This document shows positions 27,319 to 36,138 of a stretch of DNA of 38,709 nt, in pieces. Origin of the DNA: Desulfobacteraceae bacterium (lineage in GTDB: Bacteria > Desulfobacterota > Syntrophobacteria > BM002); assembly GCA_002899795.1 (NCBI GenBank), contig PPDG01000475.1, positions 1-38,709 of the forward strand. The letters are read 5' to 3'. The notes under the pieces are model-generated. The model was given only the letters and a program-made list of their open reading frames with translations, did not search any database and had not been told where the DNA came from. The position numbers were made by a program, and so were the translations under genes. The number at the start of each line of letters is the position of its first letter. The stretch's first letter is position 1.

Positions 27319-27400
27319 ATTCTTAGTGCTTCGGGCCTCGCCACTTGACATCAGGGGGCTTAAGGCCAAGACGATTGCAACTCAATAGACGATAAACTCA

Positions 27401-27886
27401 GTGGGGGATAGAGTGGCAAGCTCAGATAAGAAGAACAGTTTTAACCAGGAACAGAGGGGGCTAACCAAGCTGCAGAAGGATGGGATCAAAAAGAGGCTTG
27501 CCAATAATCCTGTCGTCGAATTTGTGGGTATCAAGCTCATGGAGGTGGCCCCCGGGCGTTCCAATCTCGTCTTGCCTCATCGGCAGGAGCTGCAAAATTC
27601 CATGGGGGTGTTGCAAGGGGGTATTCTGGGGGTGCTGGCTGATGTGGCTGGTGGTGTTTCTCTCTATTCCGTCCTACCTGATCCAGTGAAGGTAGTTATT
27701 CCCACCATTGAGTTCAAGCTGAATTTTCTACGACCGGCTGGAGGGGAGGATGTCAGAGCTCGTGGCAGGGTGGCGCACCATGGACGGCGGATTGCAGTTT
27801 GTCAAGTGGATCTTAGTACAGAAGGGGAGACCCTGCTGGCTACAGGGCTTTTTACGTATATGATAAGAGAGGTTGAGAAAGCATAG
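27401..27886 (+). CDS. PaaI-family (hotdog-fold) thioesterase
   Basis: The core NSMGVLQGGILGVLADVAGG plus a C-terminal beta-sheet region is typical of PaaI/YbdB-type thioesterases. GTG start at 27401 or 27413. Confidence 0.75.
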   Translation: MGDRVASSDKKNSFNQEQRGLTKLQKDGIKKRLANNPVVEFVGIKLMEVAPGRSNLVLPHRQELQNSMGVLQGGILGVLADVAGGVSLYSVLPDPVKVVIPTIEFKLNFLRPAGGEDVRARGRVAHHGRRIAVCQVDLSTEGETLLATGLFTYMIREVEKA

Positions 27887-28083
27887 GGTAGATTGCGGAT
27901 TTCGGATTTCGGATTTTTAGAAAAGCAGGCAGTTGGCAGATTGCAGCGGGCAGGAGGAACTGGGCACGAGGAACTAAACATTAGGCACCAAGGGCAGAAG
28001 ATTCTTTGTGGGAGAGGCTTTCAGCCGCGATCTTACGATTTCAACGATTTACCGTTTACTGCTGACACCTGACACCTGACAAC
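27887..28083. repeat. composite heptamer module starting at the thioesterase stop (co-linear with 16169-16300)
   Basis: gattgcggatttcggatttcggattt comes first. Then gcaggcagttggcagattgcagcgggcagg, which holds a 19-mer identical to 9211-9229. Then ctgggcacgaggaact...aggcac, and tgacacc|tgacacc|tgacaac at 28063-28083. Confidence 0.8.
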
Positions 28084-28207
28084 TAGATATTTGATCTCAG
28101 ATTTGAGGTATGCGATTGTCGATAACGATTTGCCGTTTACTGATTACTGTTTACCGTTTACCATATGGGGTCATTTCACAACACAGGTCCTCGGGGGGAC
28201 TGCATTC

Positions 28208-30130
28208 ATGAAACAAATCATCCTGGGTACGGCTGGGCATATAGATCACGGGAAGACCACCTTGATCAAAGCTCTCACCGGCATTGACCCCGACCGTCTC
28301 AAGGAGGAAAAAGAGCGAGGCATCACCATCGAGCTTGGTTTTGCTCACCTCGAGCTCCCCAATGGGCAGGAGTTGGGGATCGTTGATGTGCCGGGACACG
28401 AGAAGTTCGTGCGGCACATGGTGGCAGGGGCAACAGGGGTCGATCTGGTAGCGCTGGTCGTGGCCGCTGATGAAGGAGTGATGCCTCAGACACGAGAGCA
28501 CCTCGAAATCTGCGAACTTCTCAAGGTCAAACAGGGAATTGTGATACTTACCAAGACTGATCTGGTGGAAGACGCGGACTGGCTGGAACTGGTGAGAGAA
28601 GACATTCAAGATTTCTTGCAGGGAACGTTTCTTGCCTCTGCGCCAATAATTTCGGTTTCGGCAGTGACCGGTGACGGTTTAGAGTCGTTACTAAACAATT
28701 TGCAGAGTCTTTGTGATTCGGTGGAAGCCCGATCGAGCAGTGGAGATTTTCGTCTGGCTGTGGATCGGGTGTTCACCATGAAGGGATTCGGAACGGTGGT
28801 CACCGGTACCGCCATTTCCGGGAAGGTCAAGATTGGGGACACCCTGTTTGTCTATCCTCAGCTGCTCAAAACCAAGGTGCGTGGTACTCAAGTCCATAAT
28901 CGGGAAGTAAGTGAGGCCGTCAGTGGGCAGCGTACGGCCATCAACCTTCAAGGCCTGGAAAAAGCTGCCCTTGAGCGGGGCAATGTGTTGGCGACCCCGG
29001 AAAGCCTGATTGCCTCGTTCATGGTGGATGTACGCTTGCAACATCTGGAGACCGCGCCACGGGTTTTGAAAAACCGGGCAAAAGTCCGTCTCCACACCGG
29101 CACCAATGAGGAACTGGGCACCCTGATACTCCTGGACGCTGATGAGCTCAAGCCCGGAGCCAGTGGTTATGCCCAGGTGCGTATGGACAAGCCGGTGGTG
29201 GTCCGCAGTGGGGACCGTTTTGTCCTGCGAAGCTACTCGCCAATGCGTACCATCGGTGGTGGGCAAATACTGCATCCGGCTCCGAAAAAGAGAAAACGGA
29301 TGGTTGCTGACACCCTGGAGTCTCTGGCCATCTTAGAAAAGGGTGAATCCGGTAAAATGGCGGAACTCTACCTTAGAGACGCAGGACTTGCCGGCATCGG
29401 GGAAAGGGAGCTGAGCATTCTTGCCAATATTACAGAAAAGCAACTCCGTCGTTTGCTTCAAGAGCTGATGAGCCGCGGTGAGGTAATCCAGTTCGATCGG
29501 GAGACTGCTAGATTTGTGCATAGGGACGTGTTCAACAAACTCACCGAGCTGCTGTTGGGCCAGCTTGATGAGTTCCATCGGCGGGAACCTTTGCGGTCAG
29601 GCATTAATAAGGAAGAGCTCTTTGGCCGGCTGCCCCGCGGAGTGGACGGCAAACTTTTCAACGAACTCATTCAGCGACTGGTGCGCCAGGATGAACTTGT
29701 TCAAGAAAAAGATCTCGTGCGGCTCTCTGCTCACCAGGTGGCCCTTGCGGGGAAGCAAGAAGAGGTAAGAGAAAAGCTTGAGGCGATCTACCAGCGGGCA
29801 GGGCTGCAACCTCCCTTTTTCCGAGAGGTGGCCCAGTCGCTTGGGGTCTCGGATGGAGAAGCGCGGCAAATTCTTCATTGGATGTTACAACAAGGGTTGT
29901 TGGTCAAAGTCAAGGAGGATATGTACTTCCACCACGCAGCCTTGGATGACCTCAAAAAACGATTGTTGGACTTGTTCCAACAGCAGGAAGAGATCACAAC
30001 TCCTCAGTTTAAAGAGCTTACCCAGACCAGCCGCAAATACACCATACCACTACTGGAATTTTTGGACGGTGTGCGCTTTACCATCAGAGTAGGGGATGTG
30101 CGCCGCTTGAGGCAAAAAGGGAAAACGTAG
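28208..30130 (+). CDS. selB: selenocysteine-specific translation elongation factor
   Basis: G-domain motifs [18 protein letters not shown] and TKTD. Long C-terminal winged-helix extension. The track ORF from 28091 translates upstream repeats. Confidence 0.92.
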   Translation: MKQIILGTAGHIDHGKTTLIKALTGIDPDRLKEEKERGITIELGFAHLELPNGQELGIVDVPGHEKFVRHMVAGATGVDLVALVVAADEGVMPQTREHLEICELLKVKQGIVILTKTDLVEDADWLELVREDIQDFLQGTFLASAPIISVSAVTGDGLESLLNNLQSLCDSVEARSSSGDFRLAVDRVFTMKGFGTVVTGTAISGKVKIGDTLFVYPQLLKTKVRGTQVHNREVSEAVSGQRTAINLQGLEKAALERGNVLATPESLIASFMVDVRLQHLETAPRVLKNRAKVRLHTGTNEELGTLILLDADELKPGASGYAQVRMDKPVVVRSGDRFVLRSYSPMRTIGGGQILHPAPKKRKRMVADTLESLAILEKGESGKMAELYLRDAGLAGIGERELSILANITEKQLRRLLQELMSRGEVIQFDRETARFVHRDVFNKLTELLLGQLDEFHRREPLRSGINKEELFGRLPRGVDGKLFNELIQRLVRQDELVQEKDLVRLSAHQVALAGKQEEVREKLEAIYQRAGLQPPFFREVAQSLGVSDGEARQILHWMLQQGLLVKVKEDMYFHHAALDDLKKRLLDLFQQQEEITTPQFKELTQTSRKYTIPLLEFLDGVRFTIRVGDVRRLRQKGKT

Positions 30131-30341
30131 AACGCATAGCGCCAGGCACAGAGCGGATTGCGCAGTAGGAAGTTGGTGCTCATGAAAATATATTAAACAT
30201 TTAACAATTATAGATAAATTTAGATTTTGTTAGAAATAACTTTAAGTTTATAATTTGTCTTTCAAAGGCTTCATCTGGACCTGGAACATCGCAGGTGAGA
30301 CTACTATTTTTGAGTAGTTCATAGTACCCAGTGCCTACTGC

Positions 30342-31295
30342 TTACTCCCCTATGCCCACTGGCCCCCTGGGGACTTCTAGGGTGCCAATTATCTCATTGA
30401 TATCTGCAAGGCCCTGTTGGCGGAGGTAGTCTTCCAGACCGTCGATTATCTCCAGGGTGACGCCTGGATTGACGAAGTTGGCGGTGCCTACCTGGACAGC
30501 CTGGGCACCTACTATCAGGAACTCCAGGGCGTCTTCCGTGGAGACAATTCCTCCCAAGCCGATTACCGGCACCCTGCTCGCCTGTACAACTTGCCACACC
30601 ATTCTTAAGGCAATGGGCTTGATGGCCGGTCCAGACAGTCCACCGACCACGTTTGCCAACCGGGGCTGGCGGGTCTGTACATCAACTGCCATACCGGCAA
30701 CGGTATTGATAAGTGACAAGATGTCGGTACCCGCATCCTCGACAGCCTTGGCAATAACGGTGATGTCAGTCACGTTGGGGGTGAGTTTGGTGATGACCGG
30801 GAGGTTGGTTTTCGACCTTACTGCCGATACCACCTGGAAAGCCATTTCTGGGTCAGAGCCGAACGTCATTCCGCCCGCCTTAACATTCGGACAGGAAATA
30901 TTAATCTCTAGCCCATCGATGCCCTCCTGACCGTCCAGTGCCGTAGCCAACTCCCGGTACTCTTCCACTGTATTGCCGAAAAGATTAACAATTACAGGGA
31001 CGGACAGCGGCCTCAGCCAAGGGAGTTTCTCCTCCAAGAAAGCGCGAAGGCCCACATTCTGCAAACCGATGGAATTGAGCATGCCACCGCACGTCTCCCA
31101 GATGCGGGGAGGAGGATTGCCGGAGCGGGGCTCCAGGGAAATTCCTTTTACCACTACTGCACCCAAGCGCTCAGGAGGAACCAGTTCAGCATACTCCTGC
31201 CCATAGCCGAATGTGCCCGATGCCACCATCACCGGGTTTTTCAACTTCAGCGGTCCAAGCTCTACTGCTAGACTAATTGGGCTATCATTTGCCAT
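30342..31295 (-). CDS. pyrD: dihydroorotate dehydrogenase B, catalytic subunit
   Basis: Motifs [19 protein letters not shown] and [13 protein letters not shown]. Confidence 0.93.
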   Translation of the reverse strand: MANDSPISLAVELGPLKLKNPVMVASGTFGYGQEYAELVPPERLGAVVVKGISLEPRSGNPPPRIWETCGGMLNSIGLQNVGLRAFLEEKLPWLRPLSVPVIVNLFGNTVEEYRELATALDGQEGIDGLEINISCPNVKAGGMTFGSDPEMAFQVVSAVRSKTNLPVITKLTPNVTDITVIAKAVEDAGTDILSLINTVAGMAVDVQTRQPRLANVVGGLSGPAIKPIALRMVWQVVQASRVPVIGLGGIVSTEDALEFLIVGAQAVQVGTANFVNPGVTLEIIDGLEDYLRQQGLADINEIIGTLEVPRGPVGIGE

Positions 31296-31529
31296 TAGAT
31301 CAAACCCGCAATGGGTAAATCATAAGCTGCAGGGGATAAGCGCGAAAAGAATACAGAGCAATAAACTTAAGAAACACAATAGTTTTTCCAGCCATGCTCA
31401 CTTTTATTGCTTTTCTAGTCTTTGTAGCTTTTGTATCCTTTATGACGCTTAAGTCCCCTATTGCCATAGGTACATATTTCCCAATACTCAGTTTAAATGA
31501 CTGCACGCTGCCAACTGTCAGCTGGAGGA

Positions 31530-32375
31530 TTAATCCCAGACTATCTCCTCTCCGTCAAATACCGGTCCATGCTGGCACACATTTGCATAGTGGGGATCCT
31601 GAGCACCTTCTGGCGGGCGACATCTGAGCGAACAACTCAGGCAAGCCCCGACACCACATCCCATTAAGGCCTCCATAGAAAGCTGAGATGGGATACTTAA
31701 CCGGGCAGCCATCTCTGCCACCAGTCGCTGCATGGGATAGGGACCGCAGGAATACATTACTTTCGGCAATTCATCCTGTTGGGACAGCCACTGTTCCAGG
31801 TGGCCGGTGACCAGTCCTTGCAATCCTTCACCGCCGTCTTCGGTGACAAGTTGCACTGCAAAGCCCAGGTCCTGGAAATGCTTGACACAGACAAGATCGG
31901 CAGCGGTTTTGCCGCCGAACCACAAGACGAAAGGACCTCTGAAACCTGAGCTGACCAGGGTTTCTGCCAAATGAGGTAGAGGAGCAATGCCAATTCCCCC
32001 CGCAACCATGAGAACTAATCCATCCTGCTCCGGCGCTTGGAAGCCGCTACCCAGAGGTCCGAGGAGGTTCAATGATGCGGCTGCTTGCATATCGGCAAGC
32101 AGCCGGGTACCGCGTCCGACTACTCGATAGAGCATCTCGAACGAGGTAGGGGGATCGTTATGGTGGATCCGGTGCACGGCAAATGGTCTTCGCAGCAAGG
32201 GATCGAAGCCCTCCTGCACTCTTACCATCAGAAACTGCCCTGGCTGGATACGAGCTGCGATTTCAGGACACAGAAGACCCATATGGTAGAGTTCGGGACT
32301 CACACGATCGTTAAACAGTATCTCAGCGTTTCTTAGCAGCAACTTACTATTACTCCTGAAAATGCTCCCTATCAA
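31530..32375 (-). CDS. pyrK: dihydroorotate dehydrogenase B, electron-transfer subunit
   Basis: FAD motif RRPFAV and the C-terminal 2Fe-2S cluster MGCGVGACLSCSLRC. A TTG at 32342, preceded by aggag, is a plausible alternative start. Confidence 0.88.
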   Translation of the reverse strand: MIGSIFRSNSKLLLRNAEILFNDRVSPELYHMGLLCPEIAARIQPGQFLMVRVQEGFDPLLRRPFAVHRIHHNDPPTSFEMLYRVVGRGTRLLADMQAAASLNLLGPLGSGFQAPEQDGLVLMVAGGIGIAPLPHLAETLVSSGFRGPFVLWFGGKTAADLVCVKHFQDLGFAVQLVTEDGGEGLQGLVTGHLEQWLSQQDELPKVMYSCGPYPMQRLVAEMAARLSIPSQLSMEALMGCGVGACLSCSLRCRPPEGAQDPHYANVCQHGPVFDGEEIVWD

Positions 32376-32465
32376 TTACCACAAAAAACAGCAAGATCAC
32401 AAAGAGAAGAGATTTAAATTGTATCCTGTGACCGGTCGTAAGCTTTATTATTTTATCCTGCTTTG

Positions 32466-33302
32466 TTACCTCTGTGGAATTTTTTCTAAGTCCTTGATGC
32501 CGATGACCACTGCAAAGCGGCCGGTTTCGCCTTCACCGCGGTAGGAATAGAAAACCTCAGGATGGCACTTGGTACAAAGCCCGGAAACTTCAATATGTTC
32601 CCTGAGTAAACCGGCTTCCATAAGTTGATACTGGCTGATGGCCCAGAAATCGAAGTAATTTTCCTGTGTCTGAAACCGAGAAAAACTAAGCGGAAGTTCC
32701 TGTCGCCAGTTACGAAACTCACCACAGCAGGGCCCCAGCGAGGGGCCTATTCCGGCAAAAATGTCTTGGGGCTCGCAGCTAAAGTGAGCTTGCATCAGAT
32801 GGACAGCATTGCCCGCAATGTTCTTAACACTACCGCGCCAGCCCGCGTGTATGATGGCAACCACTTTTTTCTCAGGATCGTAAAGCAAGATTGCCTGGCA
32901 GTCAGCGACTTTTATCATCATGAGAAGGCCGGATAATTGAGTAATGAAACCGTCTTTGCCCTGCAGGGGATATGGAATTGTAGGGTCAAGGCGCGGGTGC
33001 TCACGCAGAACCACGATGTCGCTGCTGTGGCTCTGTCGGGCGTAGATAAGGGAAGAACAATCAGTAGCAGCTCGCACCAGGCGTAAGTTCTCTCGAACCT
33101 TGCCGGCCTCGTCTCCGGTGTCGTAACTTACGTTAAGACTGGCAAAAGGCGGTGAACTCACCCCTCCCATACGGGTAAGAATGAGGTGTTCTAATTCTTG
33201 AAACTCGCTTAACCGATGAAATGTGTAATAGGGGATGGAATTTTCTACGTGAGGTTGAAGAGTTTCTGAGCCAGGGAGCACAGTGATGGCTGATGTGGCC
33301 AT
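32466..33302 (-). CDS. pgeF: peptidoglycan editing factor PgeF (YfiH/DUF152 family)
   Basis: Motifs QSHSSDIVVL, VADCQAILLYDP, IHAGWRG and C-terminal FYSYRGEG..TGRF. Confidence 0.85.
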   Translation of the reverse strand: MATSAITVLPGSETLQPHVENSIPYYTFHRLSEFQELEHLILTRMGGVSSPPFASLNVSYDTGDEAGKVRENLRLVRAATDCSSLIYARQSHSSDIVVLREHPRLDPTIPYPLQGKDGFITQLSGLLMMIKVADCQAILLYDPEKKVVAIIHAGWRGSVKNIAGNAVHLMQAHFSCEPQDIFAGIGPSLGPCCGEFRNWRQELPLSFSRFQTQENYFDFWAISQYQLMEAGLLREHIEVSGLCTKCHPEVFYSYRGEGETGRFAVVIGIKDLEKIPQR

Positions 33303-33306
33303 GGAA

Positions 33307-34257
33307 CTAGATTTCCATTTCCAGACCCTCCCGGGCCATGATGATTTCCAGGTTGCGATTGCCCTTAATCATCTCGTAGTAACGAATGGTCTTGTCGTAA
33401 ATCTCTTGAAGCTTTTCATCGTTGTAGGAGGGCTCATGATGGAAAAGAATCAACCGCTTGATATTGGCCTTGAGAGCGATATCAACTCCCACCATGGAGG
33501 AACTGTGGCCCCAACCTTCTTTTTCCATGGCGTCCTCAAGGCTGAATTGGGCATCAAATACCAGAGCCTCACTATTGGCATAGAAGGAGATGTATTCGCC
33601 CATTACCTGAGGGCTGAGGTCTTTGTATTCAGCGTCGGTGGCGTAGACAAAAGCACGGCCGTTTTTCTCGATCCTGTAAGAGAATGAGCCGCCAGGGTGT
33701 CGCAGTGGCATGCTATTGACCGTAAATTCGCCAATGGTCATCTCATTGTCTTCTTTAAGCTGGACAAACTGAACATCAGCAGACATGGCTTCCAGGCTCA
33801 CCGGGAAGTGGTCAGGGTGATGCTGGTCCTGAAAACGTTCCTTGATTCGGGGGTGGCGGCCATAAATAAGAACCTGATTGCCAGCTGCATATGCGGGTGT
33901 GAAAAAAGGGAAGCCCATTATGTGGTCCCAATGGGTATGGCTTATCAAGAGGTGGACCGTTCCTTTGCCCTTACCGCAGGGTCCCTGCATGAGTTCTATT
34001 CCAAGTTGTCGGATGCCGGAGCCGGCGTCAAGTATTATTTTGGTGTTGTCACCGCAGACTTCCACGCAAGAAGTGTTGCCGCCGGTGGTGGTTCGTTGAT
34101 AGAAGGGTAGGGCTCTAACGTAGTTTTCTATCGCCTCGATATCATCCAGGTCCACACCACTGGCGCCGCCCAAAGCCTGTACGATTTTATTCTCGATTTC
34201 GGTTGGAGGGATGGGTGCTGGAAGCGATCCCCGCACACCCCAGAACTTCACTTTCAT
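33307..34257 (-). CDS. MBL-fold metallo-hydrolase
   Basis: HTHWDH metal motif. N-terminus MKVKFWGVRGS. Its stop lies 4 nt before the pgeF start. Confidence 0.8.
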   Translation of the reverse strand: MKVKFWGVRGSLPAPIPPTEIENKIVQALGGASGVDLDDIEAIENYVRALPFYQRTTTGGNTSCVEVCGDNTKIILDAGSGIRQLGIELMQGPCGKGKGTVHLLISHTHWDHIMGFPFFTPAYAAGNQVLIYGRHPRIKERFQDQHHPDHFPVSLEAMSADVQFVQLKEDNEMTIGEFTVNSMPLRHPGGSFSYRIEKNGRAFVYATDAEYKDLSPQVMGEYISFYANSEALVFDAQFSLEDAMEKEGWGHSSSMVGVDIALKANIKRLILFHHEPSYNDEKLQEIYDKTIRYYEMIKGNRNLEIIMAREGLEMEI

Positions 34258-34562
34258 AAGAACCCCGCTGTAACCGTGGAAGAATATTTCTTTTTTACCC
34301 TCCGGCTTTCAAGGTGCTGTAGTCTATCACAAAATTTTTTTCCGAATCAATTCAAAAAAGCAGAGCTTCCAATCACCCCGCCCCTCGTCAGACTCTTGCG
34401 GCGGGACAAGCTCATAGCATGCAAGTCGTGTTCCATGATGGTGATTGTGGCCATGGAGGGCGTATAGTGGTTTCCGCATGCTACATGGTCGGAGTGTGGC
34501 GTCTGTGTTTGTGGTGAATTTTGCGCCAAAGGCAATGTGATGTGCCAGAGGTTGACTTCTTG

Positions 34563-34991
34563 TTACCGGCGCGAGAACAGCTTGAGAAGCTCTTCCTGGA
34601 GCATTTTTTTCTCATTTCGCTCGGGGGATTCGGCAGGCCGTGCTTTCTGGGGTGCAGTGGATCTATTGAACTCTCTCTTGGCTCTTGCCAGGACACTGTC
34701 TTCACGACCGAATACTTCTCGCAGTTCTTTTTCCACCTTCTTCTGCTCTCTGGACCAGGTTTCCTTGAGACTCTCAATGGTGCTCGGACTATCATAGCTG
34801 GCTGGCCGGATTTTGGGCTCGATGGCTGTGGACGACTTCTCGGCTGGCCGGCGGCGTCCAGCACGGCGAAATGCTAAAAGGAGAAAGAGCGGCAGTACCA
34901 CATAGACAATGGTTTTGAACATTTCTCTTCCTTTGGGATCAGAGAGCCATTTTATTATTTTTTCTACTATCTTATCGGTATCCATGGGCAA
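34563..34991 (-). CDS. single-pass membrane protein, unknown function
   Basis: One TM helix (IVYVVLPLFLLLAF) followed by a K/E/R-rich tail. Preferred over the overlapping R/P/S-rich frames. The SD is weak. Confidence 0.5.
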   Translation of the reverse strand: MPMDTDKIVEKIIKWLSDPKGREMFKTIVYVVLPLFLLLAFRRAGRRRPAEKSSTAIEPKIRPASYDSPSTIESLKETWSREQKKVEKELREVFGREDSVLARAKREFNRSTAPQKARPAESPERNEKKMLQEELLKLFSRR

Positions 34992-35197
34992 GACTCTTTG
35001 CCGTCATCCCGGTCCATTCATCAGGGCGAAAGGAGCGATTTTAAACCATCTTGCCGCCGCTGCTTCGCAGAACCTGCAATACCACCTACGGTCTTTCCAA
35101 ATAGTACTTGTTTATTCGTATTCTAGGGGTAAGTGTTGAGAGTGTCAAGGAGGGCGAAGGTCAGCAGGCAGCTGCATAAACGCTATGCGCTATACCT

Positions 35198-35288
35198 CTT
35201 ACAACAAATGACAGCGAAGCGTACTGACCTAGTGACGCCGAAGGCATATGACCAATGCCAAATCCGCAATCCTCAATCACCAATCTGC
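35198..35288. repeat. second copy of the 66-nt interspersed repeat plus four NNAATCY heptamers
   Basis: 35198-35263 matches 14795-14860 at 61 of 66 positions. Followed by aatccgc|aatcctc|aatcacc|aatctgc (35261-35288). Confidence 0.8.
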
Positions 35289-35305
35289 CCGCTGGGCCTT
35301 AGGCT

Positions 35306-36064
35306 CTACCGGGAAGGCATGGCTTCCTGGCGCTCCAACCTCACTCCCTGGGGGACATTCAGGGCGAACCAAGAAGGTTTCAGGCTTGGGTTTACCTGGA
35401 CATTAGTGAAGGTGATCTCATTGATGTTTCCCAGGGGATCTTCGGTTTGAATGCGTACCACACGATATGATTCAGCAGCTATCCAAAGGGTGACCCGGGC
35501 AACCGGTGACTCTGATTCACGCGGCAGCAGCTCCAAACGGAAGCGCAGGGGCGGGCCAGGTTCGGGGGGAAGTTGGTTGATGTCGAACGTTTCAGTCAAT
35601 TTCCCCAAACCGGAAAAAAAGCTCGAGACAATGGGGGAATTGATGATCTGATCAACCTGGTAAAGGTATATTGTTTTTTCGTTAGGGACATAAAGCCAAG
35701 CCTTCTCTGCATTTATGACAAACTGCTGCTTGGGCTCGCTATAGTCCCAACGGATGGAGCGCGGTTTAAGAAAATAGAGTTTTCCTTTGGCGGTTGTGCC
35801 GAGGCTTGCAGCGCGAGAGCGGGTTTCTTGGCTAAAATCAGCACGTATAGACCTGGTTTGATCGTATTGCCGCTGAACCTTGGCAACGAGTTCTGATGTG
35901 GTCTCTTGGCCATGAGCCTGAACGCTCTGGGCGAGGAAGGCGATTAAGACGCAAAGCGCAAAGCGCAGAGCGCTCTGCGCAGCAGGCAGCCCCGCGACTT
36001 TGCTCGGGACAGGCAGGCAGCCCCGCGACTTTGCTCGGGACAGGCAGGCAGTAGGCACTTTCAT
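35306..36064 (-). CDS. lolA: outer-membrane lipoprotein carrier protein
   Basis: The mature part (VQRQYDQTRSIRADFSQE...GKLYFLKPRSIRWDY...) is LolA-like. It sits directly downstream of ftsK, as in E. coli. The first ~45 codons are repeat-derived. Confidence 0.85.
   Translation of the reverse strand: MKVPTACLSRAKSRGCLPVPSKVAGLPAAQSALRFALCVLIAFLAQSVQAHGQETTSELVAKVQRQYDQTRSIRADFSQETRSRAASLGTTAKGKLYFLKPRSIRWDYSEPKQQFVINAEKAWLYVPNEKTIYLYQVDQIINSPIVSSFFSGLGKLTETFDINQLPPEPGPPLRFRLELLPRESESPVARVTLWIAAESYRVVRIQTEDPLGNINEITFTNVQVNPSLKPSWFALNVPQGVRLERQEAMPSR
35947..36058. repeat. GCGCAAA heptamers plus two tandem 31-nt units, inside the lolA 5' coding end
   Basis: gcaaagcgcaaagcgcagagcg lies at about 35951-35972. 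31-mers at 35985-36015 and 36016-36046 (ggcagccccgcgactttgctcgggacaggca). Confidence 0.85.
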
Positions 36065-36138
36065 ATTCGGCTTTTGACCTCTATCTATAAACTACACCTT
36101 AATGAAAAATGAGTCGAATTTCGCTATGCGCTATGCGA

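Noticed and set aside
31300-31627. ORFs 31300-31506 (-) and 31394-31627 (+) in the pyrK-pyrD spacer
   Set aside because: They have no convincing SD and their composition is driven by the AT-rich spacer. The + strand ORF overlaps the pyrK 3' end antisense. They are kept only as a note under the spacer finding.
34481-34877. Alternative ORFs 34481-34864 (-) and 34521-34877 (+) overlapping the 142-aa membrane protein call
   Set aside because: They give R/P/S-rich or low-complexity translations without TM or other features. The 34563-34991 frame gives a clean TM helix and a charged tail, although that call itself is only moderate confidence.
35985-36058. Tandem 31-nt units (and the heptamer arrays generally) as a possible CRISPR array
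   Set aside because: There are only two directly abutting units with no spacers. The heptamer arrays have no repeat-spacer structure, and there are no cas genes in the window.
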